NCBI GenBank assembly: GCA_963701965.1
Contig: OY969695.1
Coordinates: 5,052,567 to 5,116,566 of the forward strand
Length of the DNA: 64,000 bases
Reading direction: 5' to 3'
Source of the DNA: an uncultured Gemmatimonadales bacterium
Lineage (GTDB): Bacteria; Gemmatimonadota; Gemmatimonadetes; Gemmatimonadales; Gemmatimonadaceae
Below, in pieces: positions 38,117 through 48,233 of the stretch (positions are counted from its first letter, which is position 1; each line of letters begins with the position of its first letter). Below the pieces are notes generated by a model, which saw nothing but the letters and a program-made list of their open reading frames with translations, did no database searches and was not told the origin of the DNA. The position numbers were made by a program, and so were the translations under genes.

Positions 38117-38178
38117 AACCCCTAAATCTACATACGGTTGACCTCAGAAGGAGCCGCGGGACCCCTTCGGCGCGACCC

Positions 38179-38637
38179 TTAGAGGGCCGCGATGGCCGCC
38201 AGGCAGATCTTCCCCGCGGCCTGCGTCCAATCGGGGACCGCGAACCCGTCAGCCGGGAGTACGTTGATCACTTCGCAGAAGTGGGGTCCTTTCAGGACGT
38301 CGATCCACTCCATGCTGCCGTTGTGCACGCGGGCGCGGTCCCCGACGCCGGCCAGTGGCGCGTACCCCTTGGCCGACGCGTCGGTGAAGCGCTTCTCGGG
38401 AGCATCCGACGTGATGACGGTCAGTTGGTACGGGGCACTGGCAAACACACACGCGAAGTACCCGGGCTCCCCGGTGTGCATGACGTCGGTCGAGGGATCG
38501 TCCGCAGACTTGACCGTCAGCCGGCTTTTCACCAGGGCCTGAACAGCCGGAAGGAGCGCGGCACAGTATTGCGCCGCGGGCTTGGGCGGGGTGACGACAC
38601 CGCCGAGGATGAGAACAGCCGAAGCAATGAGAGACAT
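38179..38637 (-). CDS. Hypothetical exported protein (4 Cys)
   Basis: 152-aa ORF filling the gap between murJ and uvrC; hydrophobic N-terminus. Confidence 0.6.
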   Translation of the reverse strand: MSLIASAVLILGGVVTPPKPAAQYCAALLPAVQALVKSRLTVKSADDPSTDVMHTGEPGYFACVFASAPYQLTVITSDAPEKRFTDASAKGYAPLAGVGDRARVHNGSMEWIDVLKGPHFCEVINVLPADGFAVPDWTQAAGKICLAAIAAL

Positions 38638-38676
38638 GCCGCACAGTGCGGCCGGTCGCGTCTTCGCGACGTCTCT

Positions 38677-40263
38677 TTATCGTCGCTTCGTCAGGATGCG
38701 CAGGAGTTGCGCCGATTCGGGCACGCCGGCGGCCCGGGTGACGCCGAGGTAGGTCAGGCCGTAGAGCGGGAGGATGATCGTGGCGCGGAGGAAAGCGTGC
38801 GCCTCCGGCATCAGCGTCGCGGCGCCGTAGGCGCCAGCGGCGCAGACCAGTGCCGCGGCCCAAAGGCCGATCACCCGGCGGGCAACCAGGCCCGTGTGGC
38901 CGATGCGCGGGGTGATACCGCGGCGCAGAAGAAAGAACTCCACCCATCCCGCGATCCCCGCCGATGCCGTGAGGCCCGCCATGCCCCACCGGTGGTCGAC
39001 CCCGAGCCAACGCGGCAGCGCGAAGGCGAAGAGCGCGCCGAGCGCGGTCGTGAGCACCACGCGTACGATGGCGTAGCGCAGCGGCGTGCGCGTGTCGCGG
39101 AGCGCGTAGTAGGTCGAGGAATAGAGTCGCCCCAAGGTCGAGGCCAACAACCCCACCGCCGAACCCGCGAGCGCGCGCCAGACCCAGAGCGTGTCGCCCG
39201 CCGTGAATCGCCCGGACCGAAAGATGCCGCCCAAGACGTCGCCCAGGACGAGAAACGCGACGGCCGATGGGATCACGAAGAACGCGATCCGGGCCAGACC
39301 CGCGTTGAGTCGCGCGCGTAAAGCGGCGCCGATGGCGTCCGCGTCGCCCGTGGTACGCGACATTGCGGGCAGCTCGGCCGCCGACACCGACATCCCGAAG
39401 AGACTCACGGGGAGCGTGTACAGCATCTGCGAGTATGTCAGCAGTGCCACGGAACCTATGGGCAGCCAGCTGGCCAAGAACTGATCGATGTAGGCGCTCA
39501 GCTGCACGATGCCGCGGGCCAGGAACGTGGGGCCGAAATTGCGGACGACCGTCTGGACGTCGGCGTTCTTCCGGTCGAACCGCACGCGCACGTGGGGCGC
39601 GACGCGAAAGACCGTGGGGAGCTGCACCACGAACTGCGCGGCGCTGGCGACGACCGAGCCCCAGGCGAACAGCACGGCCAGATGCTCGACCGGCACGCGT
39701 CCGCCGGCCGCGATCAACGTCGCGACGATGATCGCGTTGTACAGCGCGGGCGACGCATACGACAGCAGAAACTTGTGATGGCTGTTGAGCACTCCCAGGC
39801 ACCATGCCGAGAGCACGAGGAAGCCGGCGCCGGGGAAGAAAATGCGCACGAGGACGATCGTGAGTGCCCGGCGCTCGCCCTCGAATCCGGGCGCGATCGC
39901 CGCGATGATGAGGGGCGTAGCCAGGACACCGAGCAGCACCAGGATCGCCACGACGAGCGCCAACAGCGCGGCGATCGCGCCGGCGACGCGGTCCGCCTCG
40001 CGCCGGTCGCCGCGGGCCAGGAGGTTCGCGTACACCGGGATGAACGACGCGGACATCGCGCCTTCCCCGAACAGATTCTGCAGCAGGTTGGGGATGCGAA
40101 ACGCGGCCTGGACGGCGTCGGCGGCGGGGAGACTTCCGAAGAAGTGCGCGAAGACCTGGCTGCGCACGAGTCCGGTGAGCCGGCTCAGGAGGATGCCGAG
40201 CGCGACCAGCGAGGCCGCGCGTCCAGTGCTCGGGGTGTCTGGGGTCGCGGCCTCAGCCGACAA
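38677..40263 (-). CDS. murJ: Lipid II flippase MurJ
   Basis: LSRLTGLVR, AFRIPNLLQNLFGEGAMSASFIPV, LYTLPVSLFG, DTRTP; probable TTG start. Confidence 0.94.
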   Translation of the reverse strand: MSAEAATPDTPSTGRAASLVALGILLSRLTGLVRSQVFAHFFGSLPAADAVQAAFRIPNLLQNLFGEGAMSASFIPVYANLLARGDRREADRVAGAIAALLALVVAILVLLGVLATPLIIAAIAPGFEGERRALTIVLVRIFFPGAGFLVLSAWCLGVLNSHHKFLLSYASPALYNAIIVATLIAAGGRVPVEHLAVLFAWGSVVASAAQFVVQLPTVFRVAPHVRVRFDRKNADVQTVVRNFGPTFLARGIVQLSAYIDQFLASWLPIGSVALLTYSQMLYTLPVSLFGMSVSAAELPAMSRTTGDADAIGAALRARLNAGLARIAFFVIPSAVAFLVLGDVLGGIFRSGRFTAGDTLWVWRALAGSAVGLLASTLGRLYSSTYYALRDTRTPLRYAIVRVVLTTALGALFAFALPRWLGVDHRWGMAGLTASAGIAGWVEFFLLRRGITPRIGHTGLVARRVIGLWAAALVCAAGAYGAATLMPEAHAFLRATIILPLYGLTYLGVTRAAGVPESAQLLRILTKRR

Positions 40264-41803
40264 GGGAATCCGCGTGCTGCCGGGCCGCCAGGCGCATCGC
40301 GTCGAGCAGCGCCGGCCCATAGCGCGCGAGAAGCGGCGTGAAGTTGAGCGCGCGTTCCTGGGGCACGCCGTTCGGATACAGGGCGCCGCGGACGGTAGCC
40401 AGCTCGGCCATAGCCTCGTGCTCCACGCGCTTGGCCCGGGCCCCGAGGCGGCGCTCCAAACGGTCCAGCTTGAACGCCATCGAGCGGAGCGCCCCCTGAA
40501 AGGGTGGCGGCGGCATGTCCAGCGGACGCGCCGCGCCCTCAACGCGCTCCATACCGGCCGCCAGGGCGGCGCGCAGGTCACCAAACGCCGCCGGTAGGCC
40601 TTGCGGCAGGGCCGCGCGCGCCAGGCGCCGCTCGGGCTCGTGCGGGTCTCGGAAGTCGTCGGCCTGGGCGTTCCGGCGCCGGAGCAGCCGGCCGACGTGT
40701 GGCTCGATGAGGGTCCCTGACCACCGCGGCACGGCGAGCGGCACTGGGAGCCCCAACGCCTCGGCGACCGGGCCCACCTGGGCGAAATACGCCATCTCTC
40801 CCGGACCCGCCATGTAAGCGACGGTTGGCAGAATGGCGGACTCGACTATGGGCCGCAACAGCACGTTCGGTCCGAGTGCGTCGGCGGTCGCCGTGCCCGC
40901 GCTCGCGCGGGCCTGCACCAGCGGGACGCGCCGCTTCGTGGATCCCTCGTAGGCAAAGACCAGCGAGAGACCTTTCACATCGGCGACCTGCGGCGAGAAG
41001 CCGGCGTCCGTGATCGCCGCCGATCGCGCGGCCAGCGCGCCCGCAATCTCCGGCGCGCGCTCCAGCGCGGCGCGCAGCGTGGGAAACGCCGCGCGGCGCA
41101 CGGCCGCGTGCGAGGCGTCGAGCACCGCGATACCCAGCGGCTCCAGCACACGCCGCAGAAGTGCGAGATAGGCGCCGCCCGAGGTCGCGCCCTGACGATA
41201 GGCATCGGTGACCGCGGCGAGCGCCTCGGGATACACCGCCGCCCCGGTCGCCGCCGTCAGGCGCGCCAACGCATCGCTCAGATCGCCGAGCGGCACCGCA
41301 CCCAGGATCGTGCCGTCGGGCGCCGTGCCGGGCGCCGAGAGCTCCGTGGCGCCCCCTGGGACGGAGATCCACGTCGCGCGCGCTTCGCGCTGGTCGCTGT
41401 CGTCCGTCGCCGCCCAGAAGACCGGCGCGACCGGAATCCCGCAGCACGCCTGGAGCGCGTCGGCGAGCGCCAGCGCGCTCACCGCCTTGGACCACGTGTA
41501 GATCGGGCCGCCGAAGAGCCCGGGCTGCTGGCCCGTGGTGACCAGCACACCGGCCGCCGCGGCGCGGCGCAGGCGCGCGGCGGCTTCGCCGTGCGCGTCG
41601 AATGCCGGCCACAGGGCGTCCAGCCATTCGTCCTGGCGCGACACCCGGTTGACGCGGGCCAGCCAGGCCGCGGGCGTCGTGGGCGTCTCCGGGTACCAGG
41701 CCCGCACCGCGCCGACGCCCGCGAGGAGATCGCGCACGAGCGGCGAGCCGCCGAGCGCATTGGTACGAACGTCAACGGCTTCGGGTGGTGCGGCCACGCT
41801 CAT
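40253..41803 (-). CDS. bshC: Bacillithiol biosynthesis protein BshC
   Basis: VTTGQQPGLFGGPIYTWSK, PVFWAATDD, PNVLLRP, GPGEMAY, PQER. Confidence 0.92.
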   Translation of the reverse strand: MSVAAPPEAVDVRTNALGGSPLVRDLLAGVGAVRAWYPETPTTPAAWLARVNRVSRQDEWLDALWPAFDAHGEAAARLRRAAAAGVLVTTGQQPGLFGGPIYTWSKAVSALALADALQACCGIPVAPVFWAATDDSDQREARATWISVPGGATELSAPGTAPDGTILGAVPLGDLSDALARLTAATGAAVYPEALAAVTDAYRQGATSGGAYLALLRRVLEPLGIAVLDASHAAVRRAAFPTLRAALERAPEIAGALAARSAAITDAGFSPQVADVKGLSLVFAYEGSTKRRVPLVQARASAGTATADALGPNVLLRPIVESAILPTVAYMAGPGEMAYFAQVGPVAEALGLPVPLAVPRWSGTLIEPHVGRLLRRRNAQADDFRDPHEPERRLARAALPQGLPAAFGDLRAALAAGMERVEGAARPLDMPPPPFQGALRSMAFKLDRLERRLGARAKRVEHEAMAELATVRGALYPNGVPQERALNFTPLLARYGPALLDAMRLAARQHADSLVG

Positions 41804-42264
41804 TTGTGATAGGGCTCGCCGCGCACGATCGTCCCGGCGCGGTACAGTTGCTCGGCCAACACGACGCGCGCTAATTCGTGCGGCAAGGTCCACGAGGCCA
41901 GCGACAGCCGGGTGCGCGCCCCGGACACGATCGACTCGGCCAACCCGAACGCACCGCCGATGACGAACGCCAAGTCGCGCGCCCGCTCGCGCGCGCCCTG
42001 CAGCCACCGCGCGAACTGCGCGGAAGACATCCGCTCGCCGTCCTCGGCGCAGGCGACGACGTCGACACCATCGCCCACCGCGGCCGCCAGCCGCTCGCCT
42101 TCGCGGGCGATGACGGCGGCCGGCGCGATCCCCCGCGCCGGCTCCTCGCGGACCTCCCGCACTTCGAGCGGCCAATACCGCGCCGCTCGAACTTCATAGT
42201 CAGCGATCGCCCCCGCCAGCGCCCGGTTGCGAGGCGCACCGACCGCGGCGATCAGGATACGCAT
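41800..42264 (-). CDS. rlmH: 23S rRNA (pseudouridine-1915-N3)-methyltransferase
   Basis: FVIGGAFG and TLPHELARVVLAEQLYRA...GEPYHK. Confidence 0.95.
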   Translation of the reverse strand: MRILIAAVGAPRNRALAGAIADYEVRAARYWPLEVREVREEPARGIAPAAVIAREGERLAAAVGDGVDVVACAEDGERMSSAQFARWLQGARERARDLAFVIGGAFGLAESIVSGARTRLSLASWTLPHELARVVLAEQLYRAGTIVRGEPYHK

Positions 42265-42330
42265 AAGGGTTATTGGCGCTCGGCCAAGCCGAGCGCTGTC
42301 CAACCGATAGGCATTTATGCCGTAGCGAAG

Positions 42331-43638
42331 CTACGCATAAATGCCACGGAGCTTGTGCACCGTCGAGACCCGGCTGATCGCCAGCATGTAGGCGGCCGTG
42401 CGCATGTTGACCTTGTGCTGCTTCGACAGCCCGAGAACGTCCTTGAAGCTCCGCGTCATGATGTCGCGCAGCCGGTCGTTCACGGACTCTTCGGACCAGA
42501 AATACCCGCCGCGGTCCTGGACCCACTCGAAGTAGGAGACGGTGACCCCGCCCGCGTTGGCCAGGATGTCAGGGACGACGAACACGCCCTTGTCGTCCAG
42601 GATGGCATCGGCGCCGGCGGTGGTCGGGCCGTTCGCGCCTTCGCAGATGATCTTGGCGCGAATCTTCGACGCGTTCTTGCTGGTGATCACGTTCTCCAGG
42701 GCCGCCGGCACGAGCACGTCCACGTCCAGCGTCAGCAGCTCCTCGCTCGTGATGCTCTCGCCCTTGGTGTAGCCTTCGAGCGTCTTGTGCTCCTTCACGT
42801 AGCGAATGGCGTCCGCGACATCGATGCCCTTGGCGTTGTGGATGCAGCCCGTGCGGTCGCCGATCGCCGTGATGCTACACCCTTCGCGCTGCAGCATGTC
42901 GGCGGCGACGGAGCCGACGTTCCCAAAGCCTTGGATGGCGACGGTCGTGCCGGCCACCGGCATGCCGAGATGCTTGAGCGCTTCCTTCGTCACGATCATG
43001 CACCCGCGCCCCGTGGCTTCGCGGCGACCCAGCGACCCGCCCATCTCGATCGGCTTGCCGGTGACGACGGCGGTCACCGTGTGACCCATGCGCATCGAGT
43101 ACGTGTCCATGACCCAGGCCATCACGCGCTCGTTGGTGTTGACATCGGGCGCCGGCACGTCGGAGTCGGGACCGAGCGTCTGAATGATCCCGGCGGTATA
43201 GCGCCGCGTGACGCGCTCCAGCTCGCCGACGCTCATCTTGAGCGGGTCGCACACCACACCGCCTTTCGAGCCGCCGAACGGGATACTCACGACCGCGCAC
43301 TTCCACGTCATCCAGGCCGCCAGGGCCTTCACTTCCTCCAACGTCACCTGCATGTCGAAGCGGATCCCGCCTTTGGCGGGGCCGCGCGCGGTGTTGTACA
43401 GCACGCGGAAACCGGTGAATACCTCCACCTCGCCCGAGTCCATCATCACCGGGATCGAGACAATGATCTGCTTTTCGGGATTGCGGAGCACCTTGTAGAG
43501 GCCAGGCTCCAGGTCGAGCAACTCGGCGGCGCGGTCGAAGCGGGACATCATCGCCTCGAACGGATTCTCCTCGTTGAGGAAGCGATCCTTGTCCGGCCGG
43601 ACGATTTTGTGGGTGGGCAGTCGAAGGTCGGTGGCCAT
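42331..43638 (-). CDS. gdhA: Glu/Leu/Phe/Val dehydrogenase (glutamate dehydrogenase)
   Basis: [51 protein letters not shown]. Confidence 0.94.
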   Translation of the reverse strand: MATDLRLPTHKIVRPDKDRFLNEENPFEAMMSRFDRAAELLDLEPGLYKVLRNPEKQIIVSIPVMMDSGEVEVFTGFRVLYNTARGPAKGGIRFDMQVTLEEVKALAAWMTWKCAVVSIPFGGSKGGVVCDPLKMSVGELERVTRRYTAGIIQTLGPDSDVPAPDVNTNERVMAWVMDTYSMRMGHTVTAVVTGKPIEMGGSLGRREATGRGCMIVTKEALKHLGMPVAGTTVAIQGFGNVGSVAADMLQREGCSITAIGDRTGCIHNAKGIDVADAIRYVKEHKTLEGYTKGESITSEELLTLDVDVLVPAALENVITSKNASKIRAKIICEGANGPTTAGADAILDDKGVFVVPDILANAGGVTVSYFEWVQDRGGYFWSEESVNDRLRDIMTRSFKDVLGLSKQHKVNMRTAAYMLAISRVSTVHKLRGIYA

Positions 43639-43666
43639 TATCGTCGAAGTGGGGTGAAGTCTGGAG

Positions 43667-44659
43667 TTACGGGGCCGCAGCGAATATGGACGCGGACACA
43701 GCCTCTCGCCCGCGATCCAGCTCGACCCGCTGTGAAACATACCATATGGGCTCAGCGGCGCGAGGCCACAGCCATGCCAACTTGACAGCGTCCTTCAGCG
43801 TGCAGACGACCGGCGCACCGGCGGCGGCACGGACGAGTGATTCGGCGTCGGTGGCCGTGAACGCATGATGGTCGCGAAAGGGATGCGGGACGACGCGGAC
43901 GCCCGCCGCCGCGAGCTGCCCGAAGAACGCGCCCGGCGCGCCGATCCCCGCGACCGCGTGCACGGTCTCGCCCCGCAACGCGTCCAGTGGGCGCCGTCCA
44001 CCCTCGAGCGTCGACAACGCGCCGAGACTGAGCGTCGCGATCGCGATCGGTGCGCGGATCCCAATGCCGGCCAGCATCGCGCATATCCCCTCGGCTTCTT
44101 CGAGACCCACGGCCTTGCGGGTGACAAGGACCGCGGTCGCGCGTGATAGCGCGGCGAGGGGCTCGCGCCATGGGCCCGCTGGCAAGAGGCGCCGATGGGG
44201 CGACCAGGCATCGGCGCTGACCAACACCACGTCGGCGCGACGGGCGACCTGGCAATGTTGAAACGCGTCATCGAGGACCGCGACGTCGGCGCCGTCCCGC
44301 GCGGCGCGGGCAATGCCGCGCGCGCGGTCGGGATCGCCAATGACCGGAATGCCGGGCGTGAGCAGACGATGCACCGCAACTTCATCGCCGCCGGAATAGC
44401 CGCGGAGGACAATGGCGGGGTGCGCCCCGCGGGCGATGAGCTCCCGCGCGATCCATGAGGCGACCGGCGTCTTCCCCGTGCCGCCGACCGTGAGGTTGCC
44501 GACACTGATGGCGGGAATCGCGGGCGTGGTGACGGGAAGCACTCCCGACGCATAGAGCGCCTGACGGAGCGCGATCGCTCCCCGATACGCGCCCGCAGCC
44601 GGCGCCAATGCGGCGCGCCCGGCGCGCGCGAAGACATCATCGCTGTCCCAGAGGCGCAT
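43667..44659 (-). CDS. lpxK: Tetraacyldisaccharide 4'-kinase
   Basis: [46 protein letters not shown]. Confidence 0.93.
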   Translation of the reverse strand: MRLWDSDDVFARAGRAALAPAAGAYRGAIALRQALYASGVLPVTTPAIPAISVGNLTVGGTGKTPVASWIARELIARGAHPAIVLRGYSGGDEVAVHRLLTPGIPVIGDPDRARGIARAARDGADVAVLDDAFQHCQVARRADVVLVSADAWSPHRRLLPAGPWREPLAALSRATAVLVTRKAVGLEEAEGICAMLAGIGIRAPIAIATLSLGALSTLEGGRRPLDALRGETVHAVAGIGAPGAFFGQLAAAGVRVVPHPFRDHHAFTATDAESLVRAAAGAPVVCTLKDAVKLAWLWPRAAEPIWYVSQRVELDRGREAVSASIFAAAP

Positions 44660-45336
44660 CAGCCGAGTGCGACCTCGGCGCGGCGCGTCAGCGCCTCCAG
44701 TGCGACACCGATCGCCGGCGCCTGCTCCGCCGCCTCGCGGGCCGTCGGGCCGTCGATGGTAATCGACTGATAGGCAAGCGTCAGCCGGGCAAACGGCTTG
44801 GGGATCATGAACCGATCCCAGCTTCGGAGACGCCACGCCCGGTCCACGGCGACGGCGATCAAGATGACCGGGGCCCCGCCCTCGAACGCCATGATCGCCG
44901 CGCCGGGCGCGAAGCGGAATGCCGGGCCGCGCGGACCGTCGGGCGTGATGCCGAGATCGCCGCCGGCGCGCACGACGTCGATGAGCGCGCGGAGGGCGCC
45001 GGACGCGTGGCGCGACGTGGAGCCGCGGACGACGGGACACCCGAACGCGCGCACGACGCGCGCGATGATCTCGCCATCGCAATGCGAGCTGGCGAGGAGC
45101 GTCACGTTCTCGTTGCGATGGCAGTACAGGAGCGGGAGCATCGAGCCATGCCAGAACGCGAACACGATCGGCCGGCGCGCCGCCCGGCACTCGGCGACGA
45201 GGGCATCGTCGATCCGCCGCACGCGCCACGTGGGGCCCAGCAGCCGGATGGCGACGATGCCAATGGCGACGACGAGGCGATCGCGCCACCGCAGGCGCGT
45301 CCCGCGCGATGAGCGTTCGGACGACGGCGCGGTCAC
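44659..45336 (-). CDS. DUF374 lysophospholipid acyltransferase-family protein (LpxJ-like)
   Basis: FAFWH, SHCDGEI, VRGST, ITPDGPRGP, SWDRFMIPKPF. Confidence 0.88.
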   Translation of the reverse strand: MTAPSSERSSRGTRLRWRDRLVVAIGIVAIRLLGPTWRVRRIDDALVAECRAARRPIVFAFWHGSMLPLLYCHRNENVTLLASSHCDGEIIARVVRAFGCPVVRGSTSRHASGALRALIDVVRAGGDLGITPDGPRGPAFRFAPGAAIMAFEGGAPVILIAVAVDRAWRLRSWDRFMIPKPFARLTLAYQSITIDGPTAREAAEQAPAIGVALEALTRRAEVALG

Positions 45337-46436
45337 ACCAGCGCGCTGATCATATCGGCCACCCGGCCGGCGGCGCCCGGACTGCCCAGCGTCGATCGGA
45401 CGCGCGCCAGATCGGCCACGGCCCGTTGGTGCGCGGGCGATACCGGGTCGAGTAATGGCGCCAGCGCATCGGCCATCGCCACCGGTTGCACCGCGTCTTG
45501 CACGAACTCCCGGGCGACGACCTGCCCGGCCACCACGTTCACCAGCCCGATCGCGGGGATGGTGACCACGCGCCGCGCGATCTGGTAGGTGAGCGGACTG
45601 GTGCGATACGCCACGATGAGCGGGCATCCCGTGACCGCGGCCTCCAGCGTCGTCGTCCCGCTCTTGCACAGCGCCGCCGTCGCCGCGCGAAACAACGTCG
45701 TCGACGGCGCGCGGCTCAACGGGAAGGGGCAGCGCGCCGGATCGATCGCCACGTTGGGCGCATGGCTCACGATGACCGCGAGATCGGGGATGCGGTCGCG
45801 GAGCGCGAGGGCCGTGGCGGTGAACGCGCCGAGCAGACGGTCGACCTCCTGGGCCCGACTGCCGGGGAACATCGCCAGCACCGGACCGTCGCCGGCGATC
45901 CCCAACTCGGCGCGCGCGGCGGCCCGATCGGGGAGAGTGGCCGCGCGATCGAGCAACGGATGACCCACGAACGTCGCGTCGATGCCATGCGCGCGCAGCA
46001 GCGGCTCCTCGAACGGCAGGATCACGGCGGCTTTCGTGATGGTGCGCGCCATCGTCTTCAAGCGCCCGGCGCGGGACGCCCACACCTGCGGCGTGATGAA
46101 ATAGAGCACGGGAACCCGCGCGCGCTTCGCGCGCTCGGCGAGACGCAGGTTGAAACCGCCATAGTCGACGCAGACGAGCAGCGCCGCGTTCCGGAGGCGG
46201 GCCTCCAGCGTTCTCAAGAGCGCGAGATGCCGCGGGAGATGGCGCACGATCTCGGCGAATCCCATCACGGCCCGCGACGCGGTGTCCTCGAGGAGATCGA
46301 CGCCGGCGCTCCGCATCCGGGCGCCGCCGATGCCGGTCAGCCGGAGATCGGGGCGGCGTTGACCGAGGCAGGCCGCGACGGCCGCGGCGTTGGCGTCCCC
46401 GGACGGATCCCCGACCGAGAACAGGATCTCACGCAC
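45333..46436 (-). CDS. lpxB: Lipid-A-disaccharide synthase
   Basis: GDPSGD, VMGFAE, VDYGGFN, PQVWA, ILPFE, FVGHPL, PGSR, SGTTTLE. Confidence 0.95.
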   Translation of the reverse strand: MREILFSVGDPSGDANAAAVAACLGQRRPDLRLTGIGGARMRSAGVDLLEDTASRAVMGFAEIVRHLPRHLALLRTLEARLRNAALLVCVDYGGFNLRLAERAKRARVPVLYFITPQVWASRAGRLKTMARTITKAAVILPFEEPLLRAHGIDATFVGHPLLDRAATLPDRAAARAELGIAGDGPVLAMFPGSRAQEVDRLLGAFTATALALRDRIPDLAVIVSHAPNVAIDPARCPFPLSRAPSTTLFRAATAALCKSGTTTLEAAVTGCPLIVAYRTSPLTYQIARRVVTIPAIGLVNVVAGQVVAREFVQDAVQPVAMADALAPLLDPVSPAHQRAVADLARVRSTLGSPGAAGRVADMISALV

Positions 46437-47439
46437 CGCGACGACCTGGGCCCGCCGTCAATGTCGGAAGCGTGCGCTCGATCTCGCGCACGATGCGGAG
46501 CGCGATTGCCAGCGCGTCGCGTCCCTCCTCGCCGGTGACGGGCGCGGGATGCTCGCCGCGCACCGCCCCGGCGAAACTCTCCAGCTCGAGCTTGAGCGGT
46601 TCGGCCTCGGGCGCCGTCAGCGGGACGCGCTCGACGAACGCTTCGATCGCCAACGGGGCGGCGGCCAGCGTGGCCAGGTCGACGTCGCGCCGCAACCGAT
46701 AGAACTCCCCGGTGCCCTGCGCCAAGTCGAGCGAGAAGTATCCGCTCGGCTGAAAGATGCGCAGCTTGCGCAACCGCTCCCGCGACACGCGGCTCGCCGT
46801 GATGTTGGCGACGGCCCCGGTGGCGAACTCCAACCGCGCGTTCGCGATGTCGACCGACGGCGTCAGGAGGGGCACCCCCACAGCCTGCACGTCATCGACT
46901 TTGGCTTGCACCAGCGTGGCGATCAAGTCGATGTCGTGGATCATGAGATCGAGCACGACCGCGACCTCCGACCCGCGCGGATTGAACGGCGCCAACCGGT
47001 CGCTTTCGATGAAGCGCGGATCGTTCACGTACGGGAGCGCCGCGCGGATGGCGCGGTTGAATCGCTCGATGTGCCCCGTCTGAATGATGGCCCCGTTCGC
47101 CCGGGCCAGGGCCAGCAGCTCGTCGGCTTCCTCGACGGTCGCCGTCAGCGGCTTTTCCACGAGCAGGTGGCGGCCCCGCGCCAGCGCGGCGCGCGCCACT
47201 TCGAAGTGCGCCGGCGTGGGGACCACGATCGTGAGGGCGTCGACCACATCAATGAGCGCCGTCACGGACGAAAACGCCGTGACCCCGAGCTCGCGGGCCA
47301 CGATCGCCGACCGGTCGGCGTCAATGTCGTAGAATCCGACGAACTCGATGCCCTCGAGCTCGCGGAGCAACCGCACGTGATGGTAGCCCAGCGCGCCCGC
47401 CCCAATGACGCCCACGCGGGGCGCCGAGGGGGCCGTCAC
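46429..47439 (-). CDS. Gfo/Idh/MocA oxidoreductase (GnnA-like UDP-GlcNAc 3-dehydrogenase)
   Basis: GAGALGYHH, VEKP, GHIERFN, VVLDLMIHDID, ANITASRVS; located between lpxA and lpxB. Confidence 0.85.
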   Translation of the reverse strand: MTAPSAPRVGVIGAGALGYHHVRLLRELEGIEFVGFYDIDADRSAIVARELGVTAFSSVTALIDVVDALTIVVPTPAHFEVARAALARGRHLLVEKPLTATVEEADELLALARANGAIIQTGHIERFNRAIRAALPYVNDPRFIESDRLAPFNPRGSEVAVVLDLMIHDIDLIATLVQAKVDDVQAVGVPLLTPSVDIANARLEFATGAVANITASRVSRERLRKLRIFQPSGYFSLDLAQGTGEFYRLRRDVDLATLAAAPLAIEAFVERVPLTAPEAEPLKLELESFAGAVRGEHPAPVTGEEGRDALAIALRIVREIERTLPTLTAGPGRRGA

Positions 47440-48233
47440 GTCGTGATTCCGCGCTGACTGCTGGCGCGCATGAACGCCAGCAGCTCCCGCACCTCCGGCA
47501 GCGGCTCGAGCTCCGACTCGGCCCGTTCCAGCGCCTGCGACAGATTGAGATCGGACCGGAACAGCAACCGGTAGGCGCGCTTGAGCTCCCGCATTGCCTC
47601 GTCGGAGAACTTCGCCCGGCGCAGCCCCACCGAGTTGAGACCGGCGAGCTTCATCGGATTGCCGACGGCCAGTACGAACGGCGGCACGTCCTGCGGCACG
47701 CGCGAGGACCCGCCGATGTACGCGTGACGCCCGATGCGCGTGAACTGGTGCACGGTGCACAGCCCGGAGACCGCGGCCCGGTCCTCGACGGTCACGTGTC
47801 CGGCGAACTGCGTGCCGTTGGAGAGGATCACGCCATTCCCCACGTGACAGTCATGAGCCAGGTGCACGTAGGACATGATGAGACACCCCGCGCCGACCGT
47901 CGTCTTGCCCGACTGGGCGGTCCCGCGGTTGATCGTCGAGTACTCGCGGATGACGGTGCCCGCGCCGATCTCGACATACGTCTCTTCGCCGCCGTACTTG
48001 AGGTCCTGCGGATCGCCGCCCAGGATCGAGCCGATCCCCACTTTGACGTTGGCCGCCAATGTCACGTTCTTTTCCAGCACGGCCCGTGGCGCCAGTATCG
48101 CCCCATCGCCAATGACGCAGCGTTCGCCCACGATCGCGTACGGGCCGATCGTCACGGCATCGCCGATCCGCGCGTCGTCGTGTACGATCGCCGTCGGATG
48201 GATCACGGTGCGCTCTGAGCTAATAGCGGTCAT
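47436..48233 (-). CDS. lpxA: UDP-N-acetylglucosamine acyltransferase
   Basis: IHPTAIV, PQDLKY, IREYSTINRGT, HLAHDC, HQFTRIG, LNSVGLRR. Confidence 0.96.
   Translation of the reverse strand: MTAISSERTVIHPTAIVHDDARIGDAVTIGPYAIVGERCVIGDGAILAPRAVLEKNVTLAANVKVGIGSILGGDPQDLKYGGEETYVEIGAGTVIREYSTINRGTAQSGKTTVGAGCLIMSYVHLAHDCHVGNGVILSNGTQFAGHVTVEDRAAVSGLCTVHQFTRIGRHAYIGGSSRVPQDVPPFVLAVGNPMKLAGLNSVGLRRAKFSDEAMRELKRAYRLLFRSDLNLSQALERAESELEPLPEVRELLAFMRASSQRGITT

Noticed and set aside
42276..42296. Hairpin GCGCTCGGC-CAA-GCCGAGCGC between gdhA and rlmH as a terminator
   Set aside because: There is no U-tract on the coding strand; at most it is a stabilising stem.
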